Assembly (NCBI GenBank): GCA_009694475.1
Contig: SHUX01000001.1
Span: 1,098 to 65,097, forward strand
Direction: 5' to 3'
DNA: 64,000 nucleotides
From: Thermoleophilia bacterium
GTDB lineage: Bacteria > Actinomycetota > Thermoleophilia > Gaiellales > F1-60-MAGs149
Below are positions 55,512 to 63,989 of the stretch, one piece after another. Both the position numbers and the translations under genes were made by a program. Under the pieces are notes generated by a model. That model was not told where the DNA came from. It searched no databases and was given only the letters and a program-made list of their open reading frames with translations. Within the stretch, counting starts at the first letter, position 1. Every line of letters starts with the position of its first letter.

Positions 55512-55613
55512 GACATGACAAACCGGGGTTTCTGATGTCCCCCTAGACCTACGTGAGATTTTGAGAGCGCTTCGCAGAGGGGGACATCAGAAACCCCGGT
55601 TTGTCATGTCCTA
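55509..55613. repeat. Type-A nested inverted-repeat element, copy 3 (variant)
   Basis: The arms 55509-55543 and 55579-55613 are perfect reverse complements over 35 bp (TAGGACATGACAAACCGGGGTTTCTGATGTCCCCC), around a 35-nt unique centre. The first 3 nt form the TAG stop of the preceding gene. Confidence 0.9.
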
Positions 55614-55684
55614 GCTGGATCGCGAGCGGACCTTGATCACACGGCGTGGTCGTGCCTTGCCTGGCCCCCGGAGCACTCCCTGCC

Positions 55685-56644
55685 CTAGCAGGCGGCGTGG
55701 CGCTCGAGCAATTGCATCAGCTCGACGAGAAACGCGTCGCGCTGCCGTTGCAGATCCGCGATTGAGCGGCCAGCGGCCTCCTGATCGCAGCCCGCGACCA
55801 TCTTGTCGCGCAGCTCCTTCGTCAACGGCGGCGCCGTCAAGCGCGTCCAAGGTTCGAGCAGCGAATCGCCGAAGTGGTCGAGCATGTGGCCCATGCCGCC
55901 CTCGCCACCCGCCAAGTGGAAGGTGAGTCCGACACCCATCTGCGCCCAGCGCACACCAGGCCCGTAGACCAGCGCAACGTCGCATTCCTCGACCGTCGCC
56001 TCATCGTTGGCGACCATGTGCAGCAGCTCGCGCCAGACGGCGTCTTGGAGTCGATTGGCGACAAACCCGGGCAACTCGTTGGAGCAGCGCAGCGCCTTCT
56101 TGCCGGCCCGCGTGTAGAAGTCGAGCGTCCAGTCCACAACAGCCGGGTCGGTCTGATCGCCACCCACGACCTCGACCAGCGGCACAAGGTACGGCGGGTT
56201 GAAGGGATGGCCGACGACAAGCCGCTCGGGGTGCGCAGCGGCGCCCGCCATATCGGTCATGCGATAGCCCGACGTGCTCGACAGGATCGGCACGCCCGGC
56301 GGTGTCACCGCATCGATCTGCGCAAGCAGGTCGATCTTTAACTGCAGAACCTCGGGACAGTTCTCTTGGATCACATCAGCAACAGCGCCGACCTCCTCCA
56401 GCGTGTCGACCATCCGCAACCGCTCGCGCGAAGCACCCGGCGCTAGCCCGAGCTGCTCGAGCGACGGCCAAGCGATGTCGAGCAGACGCTGCAGCTTCTC
56501 GGCCCCATCGGGCGCCGGGTCCCAGACCACAACGTCGTAGCCCTGCGCAAGAAACTTGGCTGCCCAGCCACCACCGATCACACCCGCGCCAACGATGCCA
56601 ACGGTCTGGACTTGATCAGCCGGAGTCTTCGGGGTCCATGTCAT
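55685..56644 (-). CDS. 3-hydroxyacyl-CoA dehydrogenase family protein (carnitine-dehydrogenase-like)
   Basis: 319 aa with the Rossmann motif VGIVGAGVIGGGWA and HPFNPPYL. Confidence 0.8.
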   Translation of the reverse strand: MTWTPKTPADQVQTVGIVGAGVIGGGWAAKFLAQGYDVVVWDPAPDGAEKLQRLLDIAWPSLEQLGLAPGASRERLRMVDTLEEVGAVADVIQENCPEVLQLKIDLLAQIDAVTPPGVPILSSTSGYRMTDMAGAAAHPERLVVGHPFNPPYLVPLVEVVGGDQTDPAVVDWTLDFYTRAGKKALRCSNELPGFVANRLQDAVWRELLHMVANDEATVEECDVALVYGPGVRWAQMGVGLTFHLAGGEGGMGHMLDHFGDSLLEPWTRLTAPPLTKELRDKMVAGCDQEAAGRSIADLQRQRDAFLVELMQLLERHAAC

Positions 56645-56731
56645 AGGTCAAGAGCGTACAGGGCGCCGCAAAAGTACCCGTCCCGACCGGACGCGCGCGC
56701 TCGACACACCCATTCGACCAACCGCGTCGAG

Positions 56732-56983
56732 CTACTCGCAGTCGCAGTCCGCGCAGATCTTCTTGAGTTGCGCACGCAACGAGTCGGGACACGGCTCGTC
56801 GCACGCTTGGCGGACCACCGTGCGCATCCCGGCCTCAAAGCTGTAGCACTTGGCGCAGGTTGGGCAGACGGAAAGGTGTTCCTCGACGGTGCGCACCTCC
56901 TCGACAGACAGCGCGCGATCGACGTAGGCCTGCATGCAGCGCTCGGCCTGGAGACACGGTTCGGGGCGGGCCTGCGTGCTCAT
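56732..56983 (-). CDS. rsrA: Zinc-binding anti-sigma factor (ZAS, RsrA-like)
   Basis: 83 aa with the HxxxCxxC motif (HLSVCPTC) plus an upstream Cys, for 10 Cys in total. The start overlaps the sigma gene stop. Confidence 0.8.
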   Translation of the reverse strand: MSTQARPEPCLQAERCMQAYVDRALSVEEVRTVEEHLSVCPTCAKCYSFEAGMRTVVRQACDEPCPDSLRAQLKKICADCDCE

Positions 56984-57618
56984 GCTGTGCCCTCCTCAGC
57001 ATGGTCGGCGAGGGCGCGCTTGAGGACGCGGCGGCCGCGGTGGAGACGACTCATAACGGTACCGACCGGGATTTCGAGCACATCGGCGGCCTCCTGATAC
57101 GAAAGATCGCCGAGGTCGACCAACACGACAACCTCGCGGAACGGCAGCGACAGCTCGGCCAACGCATCCAAGACAGGGCCGGGTGAGAGCCGCTCGACCA
57201 AGACGTCAACATCGGCGATCGGGTTGCCACCGAGGCGCTCATAGAGGTAGTAGTCGTCGGCCTCGAGCCCCAACTGCTCGGGTGCTCGCTGCTGCTTGCG
57301 GGCATTATCAATCGCAAGGTTGTGCAGAATGCGCAAGAGCCACGCGCGCAGATTTGTGCCGGACTCGTACGAGCGCCACGAACGGAAGGCGCGGGCATAG
57401 GCCTCTTGGACAAGATCCTCGGCGGCCTGATAGTCCCGTGCCAGGCGCCGCGCGACACGCCAGACATCGTCGGCGAGGGCGAGCGCCTCCTCGTCGAAGG
57501 CGAGCCGTGCAGGATCGACCGCTGGCTCGATCGGGTCGGCAGCGTCGTCGGACACACTCCGAGGGTACCAGCCAGCCACGCACAGACCGGTTGGCGCTAC
57601 GAGGGTAGGGCATTCCAT
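56980..57618 (-). CDS. sigR: ECF sigma factor (SigR/SigH-like)
   Basis: Region 2 reads DLVQEAYARAFRSW...LRAWLLRILHNLAID and region 4 reads LSYQEAADVLEIPVGTVMSRLHRGR. I chose the ATG at 57618 as the start because the TTG at 57627 lies inside the predicted -10 region. Confidence 0.85.
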   Translation of the reverse strand: MECPTLVAPTGLCVAGWYPRSVSDDAADPIEPAVDPARLAFDEEALALADDVWRVARRLARDYQAAEDLVQEAYARAFRSWRSYESGTNLRAWLLRILHNLAIDNARKQQRAPEQLGLEADDYYLYERLGGNPIADVDVLVERLSPGPVLDALAELSLPFREVVVLVDLGDLSYQEAADVLEIPVGTVMSRLHRGRRVLKRALADHAEEGTA

Positions 57619-57627
57619 ACGACCCAA

Positions 57628-57653
57628 AACGCGATTGCTGTCGACCGCATTCC
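57628..57653 (-). promoter_or_regulatory. SigR/SigH-type ECF promoter (GGAAT-N18-GTT) upstream of the sigma gene
   Basis: The minus strand reads GGAAT (57653-57649), then 18 nt, then GTT (57630-57628). The ATG at 57618 lies only 9 nt downstream of the GTT, which implies a leaderless or very short-leader mRNA. Confidence 0.6.
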
Positions 57654-58651
57654 ATCCTCACAGCGATACTGTGGTTGTGCGTCGCTTTTTTTTACGCCTG
57701 ACCGGCCCACTCGCCTATCGCCGGCTCGTGCTGATCGCCCTGGTTGTGCGTCGCTTTTTTTTACGCCTGACCGGCCCACTCGCCTATCGCCGGCTCGTGC
57801 TGATCGCCCTCGGTGCGATCTACCTCAACATCGTCTCAGGCGCGCTCGTGCGGGTTACAAACTCAGGCCTTGGCTGCCCCGACTGGCCCCTCTGCGAAGG
57901 CAAGCCAACGCCCCCCTTTCAGTTCCATGGCCTGATCGAGTTTACGAACCGCGTCGTCGCCTTAGCGGTCATCGTCGTTGCGATCCTGCTGGCGATTGCC
58001 GCCTGGCGCTCAATACGCCAACAATCGAAATGGCTGTTCCGCGGCTCGCTCTCGATCGGCATCATCACCTTCATGCAGGGACCACTCGGTGGCGTAACGG
58101 TGCTGCTCGATCTGCATCCGATCGCCGTCATGAGTCACTTCGTCTTGGCGTTAATCGAGTTCGTGATCATCGTGGTGTTGACGCTCGAGACCTTCGAAGT
58201 GACGCCAGACTGGTCGCCACTTCCCCCGCGCTGGCTCGCCACCGGCGGCATCCTGCTGACGGCCTGGGCGTGGCTCGTGATTATCTCGGGTGCAGTCGTG
58301 ACAATGTCTGGCACGCACCCGGGCAGCGACGACGTGCCGCGACTCTGGAACCTACTCGACTCGGCCTACCTTCACGTGCGTGTGGCCGCCAGTTTCGTTG
58401 TTGTCCTCGGTATCTTCCTCGTCGTCTTGGCGCGCGTCATTCGCCCTCCCAGCGTTGTCACTCGCTTTGCCTGGGCGCTCGTCATCACGATCACCGCCCA
58501 GATTGTGATTGGCGAGTGGCAGTGGCGCACGCAACTACCCTGGTGGCTCGTGCTAATCCACGTCACCCTCGGCACGCTGTCTCTGGCCATCACAGCCGGC
58601 TTTGGATGGACGCTGGTCATTTCGCGTCGGCCCGCTCGCCGTCTGCGATGA
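57635..58651 (+). CDS. ctaA: Heme A synthase (COX15/CtaA)
   Basis: Contains VRVTNSGLGCPDWPLC and a polytopic membrane region with conserved His residues. The start is ambiguous: TTG 57635, GTG 57671, GTG 57677, or GTG 57746 in the second repeat copy. Confidence 0.85.
   Translation: MLSTAFHPHSDTVVVRRFFLRLTGPLAYRRLVLIALVVRRFFLRLTGPLAYRRLVLIALGAIYLNIVSGALVRVTNSGLGCPDWPLCEGKPTPPFQFHGLIEFTNRVVALAVIVVAILLAIAAWRSIRQQSKWLFRGSLSIGIITFMQGPLGGVTVLLDLHPIAVMSHFVLALIEFVIIVVLTLETFEVTPDWSPLPPRWLATGGILLTAWAWLVIISGAVVTMSGTHPGSDDVPRLWNLLDSAYLHVRVAASFVVVLGIFLVVLARVIRPPSVVTRFAWALVITITAQIVIGEWQWRTQLPWWLVLIHVTLGTLSLAITAGFGWTLVISRRPARRLR
57672..57809. repeat. Exact 69-bp tandem duplication (2 copies)
   Basis: 57672-57740 and 57741-57809 are identical (TGGTTGTGCGTCGCTTTTTTTTACGCCTGACCGGCCCACTCGCCTATCGCCGGCTCGTGCTGATCGCCC). 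The duplication is in frame and duplicates VVRRFFLRLTGPLAYRRLVLIAL. Each copy contains a candidate GTG start and a T8 run. Confidence 0.95.
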
Positions 58652-58661
58652 TTAGAGCCGG

Positions 58662-60113
58662 GTGGATGCTTTTCTGATTCCTGTCGCGGGGCTTGCCGCT
58701 GCCATCGGCGTGGCGCTGTTGCTTGTGACGAGTGCCGTACCACTCCGCGTGGTCGGCGCGGTGCTGGTCGCAGCGGGCAGCAGTCCCCTCGTCGTCACGC
58801 GCACGTCGCTAACGGAGCAGCTGCTCGATCGTCCCGTACTGGCCGGCATCGGCCTTGTCGCCGGCGTCGTCACTCTGGCAGTGTTGACACTCGTCTTCCA
58901 ACGCTACCCATGGCTCGTGCCGGTGATAGCACTCGTGATCGGCCTGCGCATCCCCCTGCGCAACCCGCCGAGCCCGACCGACCACCTATTGCCGCTCTAC
59001 CTCGTGCTGGCAGCCGGCGTGATCGCCCTCGTCGTACGCTCGCTGCGAGGCGACGCGCCACCGAACCGGCTCGGCTACGTCGGCTGGGCGATGGGTGCGT
59101 ACGTAATCTTCGCAGCCGCAAGTCTCGCCTGGACGGCCGACACCGAGGCAACAACCTACGCCATCGTGGCCTTCACACTCCCGCTCGGCCTCTTGGCAGC
59201 ACTGACGGGCACGCTGTTGCCAATCCCACCCCTGGCGCGCGTCTTGCCGTGGCTTCTCGTCAGCGTGGCGCTCGTGCTGGCCGCTATCGCACTCTGGCAA
59301 CTGCAGAACCAAGAGGTCTTCTGGAATGAGAAGTTAATGCGCACGAATGCCTATGGCGGCTACTTCCGCGCCAACTCTCTGCTCTTCGACCCGAGCCTGT
59401 TCGGTCGCGTCGAGGTACTCGCCCTCGTCATGATCGTCGGACTGCTCGCACTCTCGCCACCGCGAAAAATCCTGCTCCTCGCAGCCGCTGTCAGCGTTCC
59501 GATCTTCGCTGGCCTTGCCGTCTCCTACTCGCAGTCGTCATTCGTTGCCCTCGGCGCCGGCGTCTTGGTGATCGCCGGCATCGTCTGGCGTTGGCGCGCC
59601 GTGATTGCACTGGCGGTGATCGTCCTGATCGTCGCGATCGGCGCCGTCGCGCTTCCGCAAGGTCGACAACTACTCGACCAGCCGGTTCAGAAGGCCTCGA
59701 GCGCCCGCCTCGGTCTCGTGCAGCGATCGCTCGATCTCTTCGAGGCCCACCCGATTCAGGGCAGTGGACTTGGCGCCTTTGCGACGGCAACCGGTAAGAA
59801 GAAGGCAGCGCCGCACAACGTTGTCTCGGGCACCGCCGCCGAGCTTGGCATCGTCGGCGCCCTGACACTCGTCGCGTTCCTCGCCACCGTCCTCTGGGCG
59901 ATTCGCAATCGCCGCGCCAATGCCGACCGCCCAACGCACCTGATACTCGCCGCCCTTTTCGCCACGATCTTCGTCCACGCCCTCGCCTACGACAACTTCT
60001 TCACCGACCCGGCGATGTGGGTTATTGCCGCATTACTCGCAACCGGTGCGGAAACCTTGCCGCTGCTCTCGGATGATCCAGAGCGCCCAACACTCCGTGG
60101 GAGCCTCGCATGA
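58662..60113 (+). CDS. O-antigen ligase/polymerase-like membrane protein (Wzy_C domain)
   Basis: 483 aa with at least 10 TM helices and a loop reading HPIQGSGLGAF...APHNVVSGTAAELGIVG, typical of Wzy_C/O-antigen ligase-like proteins. Confidence 0.7.
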   Translation: MDAFLIPVAGLAAAIGVALLLVTSAVPLRVVGAVLVAAGSSPLVVTRTSLTEQLLDRPVLAGIGLVAGVVTLAVLTLVFQRYPWLVPVIALVIGLRIPLRNPPSPTDHLLPLYLVLAAGVIALVVRSLRGDAPPNRLGYVGWAMGAYVIFAAASLAWTADTEATTYAIVAFTLPLGLLAALTGTLLPIPPLARVLPWLLVSVALVLAAIALWQLQNQEVFWNEKLMRTNAYGGYFRANSLLFDPSLFGRVEVLALVMIVGLLALSPPRKILLLAAAVSVPIFAGLAVSYSQSSFVALGAGVLVIAGIVWRWRAVIALAVIVLIVAIGAVALPQGRQLLDQPVQKASSARLGLVQRSLDLFEAHPIQGSGLGAFATATGKKKAAPHNVVSGTAAELGIVGALTLVAFLATVLWAIRNRRANADRPTHLILAALFATIFVHALAYDNFFTDPAMWVIAALLATGAETLPLLSDDPERPTLRGSLA

Positions 60114-61435
60114 GAGACACGCGCGGACTCGCACTGCTCGGCGTCCTGATCGGCCTCGTCCTGATCGCCGTACCGTGGCTCGGCAGTGACGCTTGGGCCT
60201 TCATCCTGCCCGACGCCTCCGGTAGCGGCCTGCTCGGCCCACTCGTGCAGGCAGCCGATGGCCACTGGGATCTCGGCCTCGTGCGCGCACCGGCACTCAT
60301 GGCTGGCGCACTCGTGGCCGTGCTCGCGATCGTGCTGCCGCGGCGCGAACCATTGCGTCGCATCCTGCTGATCGTCGCCACTGCCGGTGTCGTCATCGCC
60401 CTGCTCGTCCCCGCCACGCTGCTACAGGTCGGCCTGCGCGACGACACCGCGCCGTGGTTCCACACGAACGACGCCGCGTATCAAGTCGAGTTGGCCGGGC
60501 AACGCATCCTCGACGGACACGATCCGTACGGCGGCACGTACCTTGGCACCGGGCTCGAGCGCTTCTACTCCCTCGATGGCACGCCCGTCACCGATGGGCG
60601 TGTCGAGACGGTGGCTCTCGAGCACCTCGCCTACTTCCCTGGCCTGCCGGTGCTTGGTGCTGTGAGTGCCGCATTGCCAGGTCCGCTCGGCGATGTCCGG
60701 CTGCTGATGCTCCTCTTTGCTCTCGCGCTACTCCCTGCCGCACTGCTGCTGCCCGGCGCGCTCGAACTCCGACTCGGTGCGGGGGCGCTGCTGGCCGCTA
60801 ACCCCCTGATGATCCGCAGCACCTGGTTCGGCATCCTCGATGCGCCCGTGCTGTTGGCGCTCGTGCTCGCCTTCGCGCTGTCCTTGCGTGGTCGCTGGGG
60901 TTGGGCGGGAGCGCTCGTTGCACTCGCACTAGTACAAAAGCAATATGCCTTCGTGGCGATTCCCTTTCTCGGCGTCGCCGCCTGGCAGGCCGGCGGTGGA
61001 GCGGCACTCAAGCGAGCGGGGGCCTGGCTCGTTGGTGTGACTGCACTCTTCACCGTGCCCTTCCTCTTATGGGGACCAGGTGCCTTTATCAACGACACGA
61101 TCGTGTTCGGCACGAGCGCGTACCGCATCGTCGGCTACGGGCTGAGCGGCATCCTCGTCGACCTGCATGTCGTCGTCCGCGACGGGTCGTACCCCTTCGT
61201 CCTGATCGCGCTCGTCACCTGGCTACCGCTGACGCTGCTGCTCGTTCGCCGCCAACTGCGCGACCCCGCACCATGGCGCGCCGCACTGGGCTTCGCCCTC
61301 TCGTTCCTTGTCCTCGCCTGGGTTGCTCGCTACTTCCAAACCTCGGGCTTCGTCTACCCACTCGTCGGGCTGATCCTTGCCGCCACAATTGCCCTCGCAC
61401 CCCTCCTCCCCGCCAACGACCGCGAGACGACATGA
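60110..61435 (+). CDS. Polytopic membrane protein, DUF2029/GT-C-like glycosyltransferase candidate
   Basis: 441 aa, multi-TM, with an early extracytoplasmic loop containing DAAYQVELAGQRILDGHDPYG. It is ATGA-coupled on both sides. The family call is weak. Confidence 0.5.
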   Translation: MRDTRGLALLGVLIGLVLIAVPWLGSDAWAFILPDASGSGLLGPLVQAADGHWDLGLVRAPALMAGALVAVLAIVLPRREPLRRILLIVATAGVVIALLVPATLLQVGLRDDTAPWFHTNDAAYQVELAGQRILDGHDPYGGTYLGTGLERFYSLDGTPVTDGRVETVALEHLAYFPGLPVLGAVSAALPGPLGDVRLLMLLFALALLPAALLLPGALELRLGAGALLAANPLMIRSTWFGILDAPVLLALVLAFALSLRGRWGWAGALVALALVQKQYAFVAIPFLGVAAWQAGGGAALKRAGAWLVGVTALFTVPFLLWGPGAFINDTIVFGTSAYRIVGYGLSGILVDLHVVVRDGSYPFVLIALVTWLPLTLLLVRRQLRDPAPWRAALGFALSFLVLAWVARYFQTSGFVYPLVGLILAATIALAPLLPANDRETT

Positions 61436-62058
61436 ACACGCGCCTTTTGCTCGCCCGCCACGGCCACGCGACCAGCGGCCCCGATCATCGCTGGACGGCC
61501 GAGGACCCGCTGACCGAGACCGGGCAGGCCCAGGCGCGCGAACTCGGTGCGGCGCTCGCAGCGCGCAGCGATCGCCCCGACCGCATCGTGGCGAGCCCTG
61601 CCGTGCGAGCCCAGCAGACGGCGCAGGCGTGCGCCGAGGCACTGGGTCTAGAGATCGCCACCGAGCCACGGCTAATGGAGTTTGGCAGCGGCGCGCTGAG
61701 CCCCTTCACGCTCGCCGAAATGATCGAAGAGGCACCCTACGACGATATCTGGCACCCCGATGACTCGGCCTGGGACGGCGAGACAATCGGCGCGTTTTGG
61801 CAGCGCACGGGCGAGGCGGCCGAGGCGATCTGGCAGGCCGGTGGCCAACCACTCGTGGTCTCGCACGCTGGCACCATTCAAGGGCTGCTGCGCTGGACGA
61901 TGGCGATTCCGCCCGAGGCACCCGACTCGTTTGCCCTGTTTGTCCGTAATGCGAGCCTGAGCGAGGTCGTGGTACGCATCGATCGACACGGTCGGCGTCG
62001 TGCCGAGCTGCACCATCTTGGCGCGACGGACTATCTGTCGACCGTGACCGAGATCTAG
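61432..62058 (+). CDS. Histidine phosphatase family protein (phosphoglycerate-mutase-like)
   Basis: The ATG at 61432 gives MNTRLLLARHGHA (RHG motif), and a later VSHAGTI provides the second catalytic His. Confidence 0.85.
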   Translation: MNTRLLLARHGHATSGPDHRWTAEDPLTETGQAQARELGAALAARSDRPDRIVASPAVRAQQTAQACAEALGLEIATEPRLMEFGSGALSPFTLAEMIEEAPYDDIWHPDDSAWDGETIGAFWQRTGEAAEAIWQAGGQPLVVSHAGTIQGLLRWTMAIPPEAPDSFALFVRNASLSEVVVRIDRHGRRRAELHHLGATDYLSTVTEI

Positions 62059-62093
62059 GCTGACGCTGACATTCTGATAGCGTCGGCACTGCA

Positions 62094-62855
62094 ATGACGA
62101 AGCCTGCCGACAGTCCAATCGATGACGGCCTCGGTGCCGTCTTTGCACCCGTGCGTACGACCAATGCCTTCGAGCAGACCGTCGAACGCCTCGGCCGCGC
62201 GATTCGTATGGGTCTCCTCGCACCGGGCGAGCAATTGCCGAGCGAGCGCGACCTCGCCCAACACCTCGCATTGTCGCGCTCTACGGTGCGCGAGGCTCTG
62301 CGCGTGTTGCAAGAGGCGGGCTACCTCGAGGCGCGCCGAGGCCGTGGCGGTGGAACATTCGTCAGCCTCGAGTTGCCCTCCGATGCCGCCCGCCCACCGG
62401 AGGATGGCGTGCGCGATCTGCGTGGCGCCGAGCTCGCCTCGCTGCTGCGCTATCGCCGCGTACTCGAACTCGGCGCGGCCGAGCTCGCGGCCGAAAACTC
62501 AACGCCTGCCGACTGCGAGTTTCTGGCCTCGCTGGTGACCGAGATGATGGGCTACCACCTCTCGGACTACGGCTCGTATCGCGCGATCGACTCCCGCTTC
62601 CACATCGCCATCGCCAACATCTCGGGCTCGCCCGACCTCGCCGCGGCGATCACCGAATCGCAATCCGCTCTCTCTGACGTGCTCAACAGCGTGCCCCGCT
62701 CCGAGCAGTCGATGATCAACTCGCAGGCGCAGCACCGCCGGATCCTCGCGGCGCTCGAGGCCCACGACCGTGATGCCGCACGGGTTGCGATGCGCGAGCA
62801 CGTTGAGGGCATCGAGCACCTGCTGTCGGTCCTGATGCCACAGCACACCGCCTAG
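62094..62855 (+). CDS. GntR-family (FadR/FCD subfamily) transcriptional regulator
   Basis: The wHTH reads LPSERDLAQHLALSRSTVREALRVLQEAGYLEARRGRGGGTFV, followed by an all-helical FCD-like C-terminal domain. Confidence 0.9.
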   Translation: MTKPADSPIDDGLGAVFAPVRTTNAFEQTVERLGRAIRMGLLAPGEQLPSERDLAQHLALSRSTVREALRVLQEAGYLEARRGRGGGTFVSLELPSDAARPPEDGVRDLRGAELASLLRYRRVLELGAAELAAENSTPADCEFLASLVTEMMGYHLSDYGSYRAIDSRFHIAIANISGSPDLAAAITESQSALSDVLNSVPRSEQSMINSQAQHRRILAALEAHDRDAARVAMREHVEGIEHLLSVLMPQHTA

Positions 62856-62921
62856 TTCGCGGACGAGTCAACGCCCGTCCTGCGCAGACTCAGACCCTGA
62901 TTCCCTGTAGGCTTGCCGGTA

Positions 62922-63989
62922 ATGGACGTCAAGGGACTCGTACTCTCGGGCGGCGCGGGCACGCGACTGCGCCCCATCACGCATACACGCGCCAAGCAGC
63001 TGGTCCCTGTCGCGGGCAAACCGGTCCTGTTCTACGGGCTTGAGGCGATGGCCGAGGCGGGCATTCGCGAGGTCGGCATCATCATTGGCGATACCGGTGA
63101 CGAGATTCGCGCCGCCGTTGGCGATGGCTCACAGTTTGGTCTCGAAGTCACCTTCATCCCCCAAGACGCACCGCGCGGCCTCGCCCACGCGGTCCTGACC
63201 GCCGAGGAATTCATCGGCGATAGCGCCTTCTGCATGTATCTCGGCGACAACCTCCTGCGTGACGGCGTCGCCAGTTTCGTCGACACGTTCCGTGAGGGCT
63301 CGGCCGACGCGATGATCCTGCTTCAGCACGTGCCAAACCCCTCCGAGTACGGCGTCGCCGAGCTCGAGGACGGCAAGGTCAAGCGCCTCGTCGAGAAGCC
63401 GAAAGAGCCGAAGAGCGACCTTGCACTCGTCGGCGTCTACCTCTTCACCACACCGATTTTCGCCGCCGCCAAGGCGCTCGAGCCATCCTGGCGTGGCGAG
63501 TACGAAATTACCGACGCCATCCAAGGCATGGTCGATGGTGGTCTGAGCGTCGAGCCACACATTGTGACCGGCTGGTGGAAGGACACCGGGCAGCTCGTCG
63601 ACATGCTCGAGGCCAACCGCCTTGTGCTCGATGCGATCGACACGGATATTCAGGGCGAGGTGATCGACAGCAAGCTTGAGGGCCGCGTGATCATCCAGGC
63701 CGGCGCGACCGTCGAGCGCTGCCACATTCGCGGTCCCGTCGTGATCTGCGCCGGCGCCACCGTGCGCGATGCGTATATCGGCCCGTACAGCGCGATCTCG
63801 GAGGACGCCCACGTCGAGCGCGCCGAAATCGAGCACGCGATTCTGCTCGAGCGCTCCAGCATCATCGGCATCGAGACCCGCATCGAGGACTCGCTGATCG
63901 GTGCCGACTGCGTGATCACACGCTCCGACGCCATCCGCTCGGCCAACCGCCTGCTCGTCGGCGATGGCTCGCGCATCGAGATCCTGTGA
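62922..63989 (+). CDS. rmlA: Glucose-1-phosphate thymidylyltransferase-like sugar nucleotidyltransferase (long form with a beta-helix C-terminus)
   Basis: MDVKGLVLSGGAGTRLRPITHTRAKQLVPVAGKP, then a C-terminal hexapeptide-repeat region. Total length is about 355 aa. Confidence 0.85.
   Translation: MDVKGLVLSGGAGTRLRPITHTRAKQLVPVAGKPVLFYGLEAMAEAGIREVGIIIGDTGDEIRAAVGDGSQFGLEVTFIPQDAPRGLAHAVLTAEEFIGDSAFCMYLGDNLLRDGVASFVDTFREGSADAMILLQHVPNPSEYGVAELEDGKVKRLVEKPKEPKSDLALVGVYLFTTPIFAAAKALEPSWRGEYEITDAIQGMVDGGLSVEPHIVTGWWKDTGQLVDMLEANRLVLDAIDTDIQGEVIDSKLEGRVIIQAGATVERCHIRGPVVICAGATVRDAYIGPYSAISEDAHVERAEIEHAILLERSSIIGIETRIEDSLIGADCVITRSDAIRSANRLLVGDGSRIEIL

Noticed and set aside
57612-57616. A second GGAAT (minus strand) that could be an alternative -35 element for the sigma gene.
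   Set aside because: It lies inside the ATGGAATGC start region, downstream of the better GGAAT-N18-GTT promoter, and has no correctly spaced GTT.
62062-62084. A small inverted repeat, GACGCT-N11-AGCGTC, in the 35-bp gap before the GntR gene, as a possible operator or terminator.
   Set aside because: The stem is only 6 bp and could arise by chance. There is no match to the FadR-type operator pattern that I can verify.
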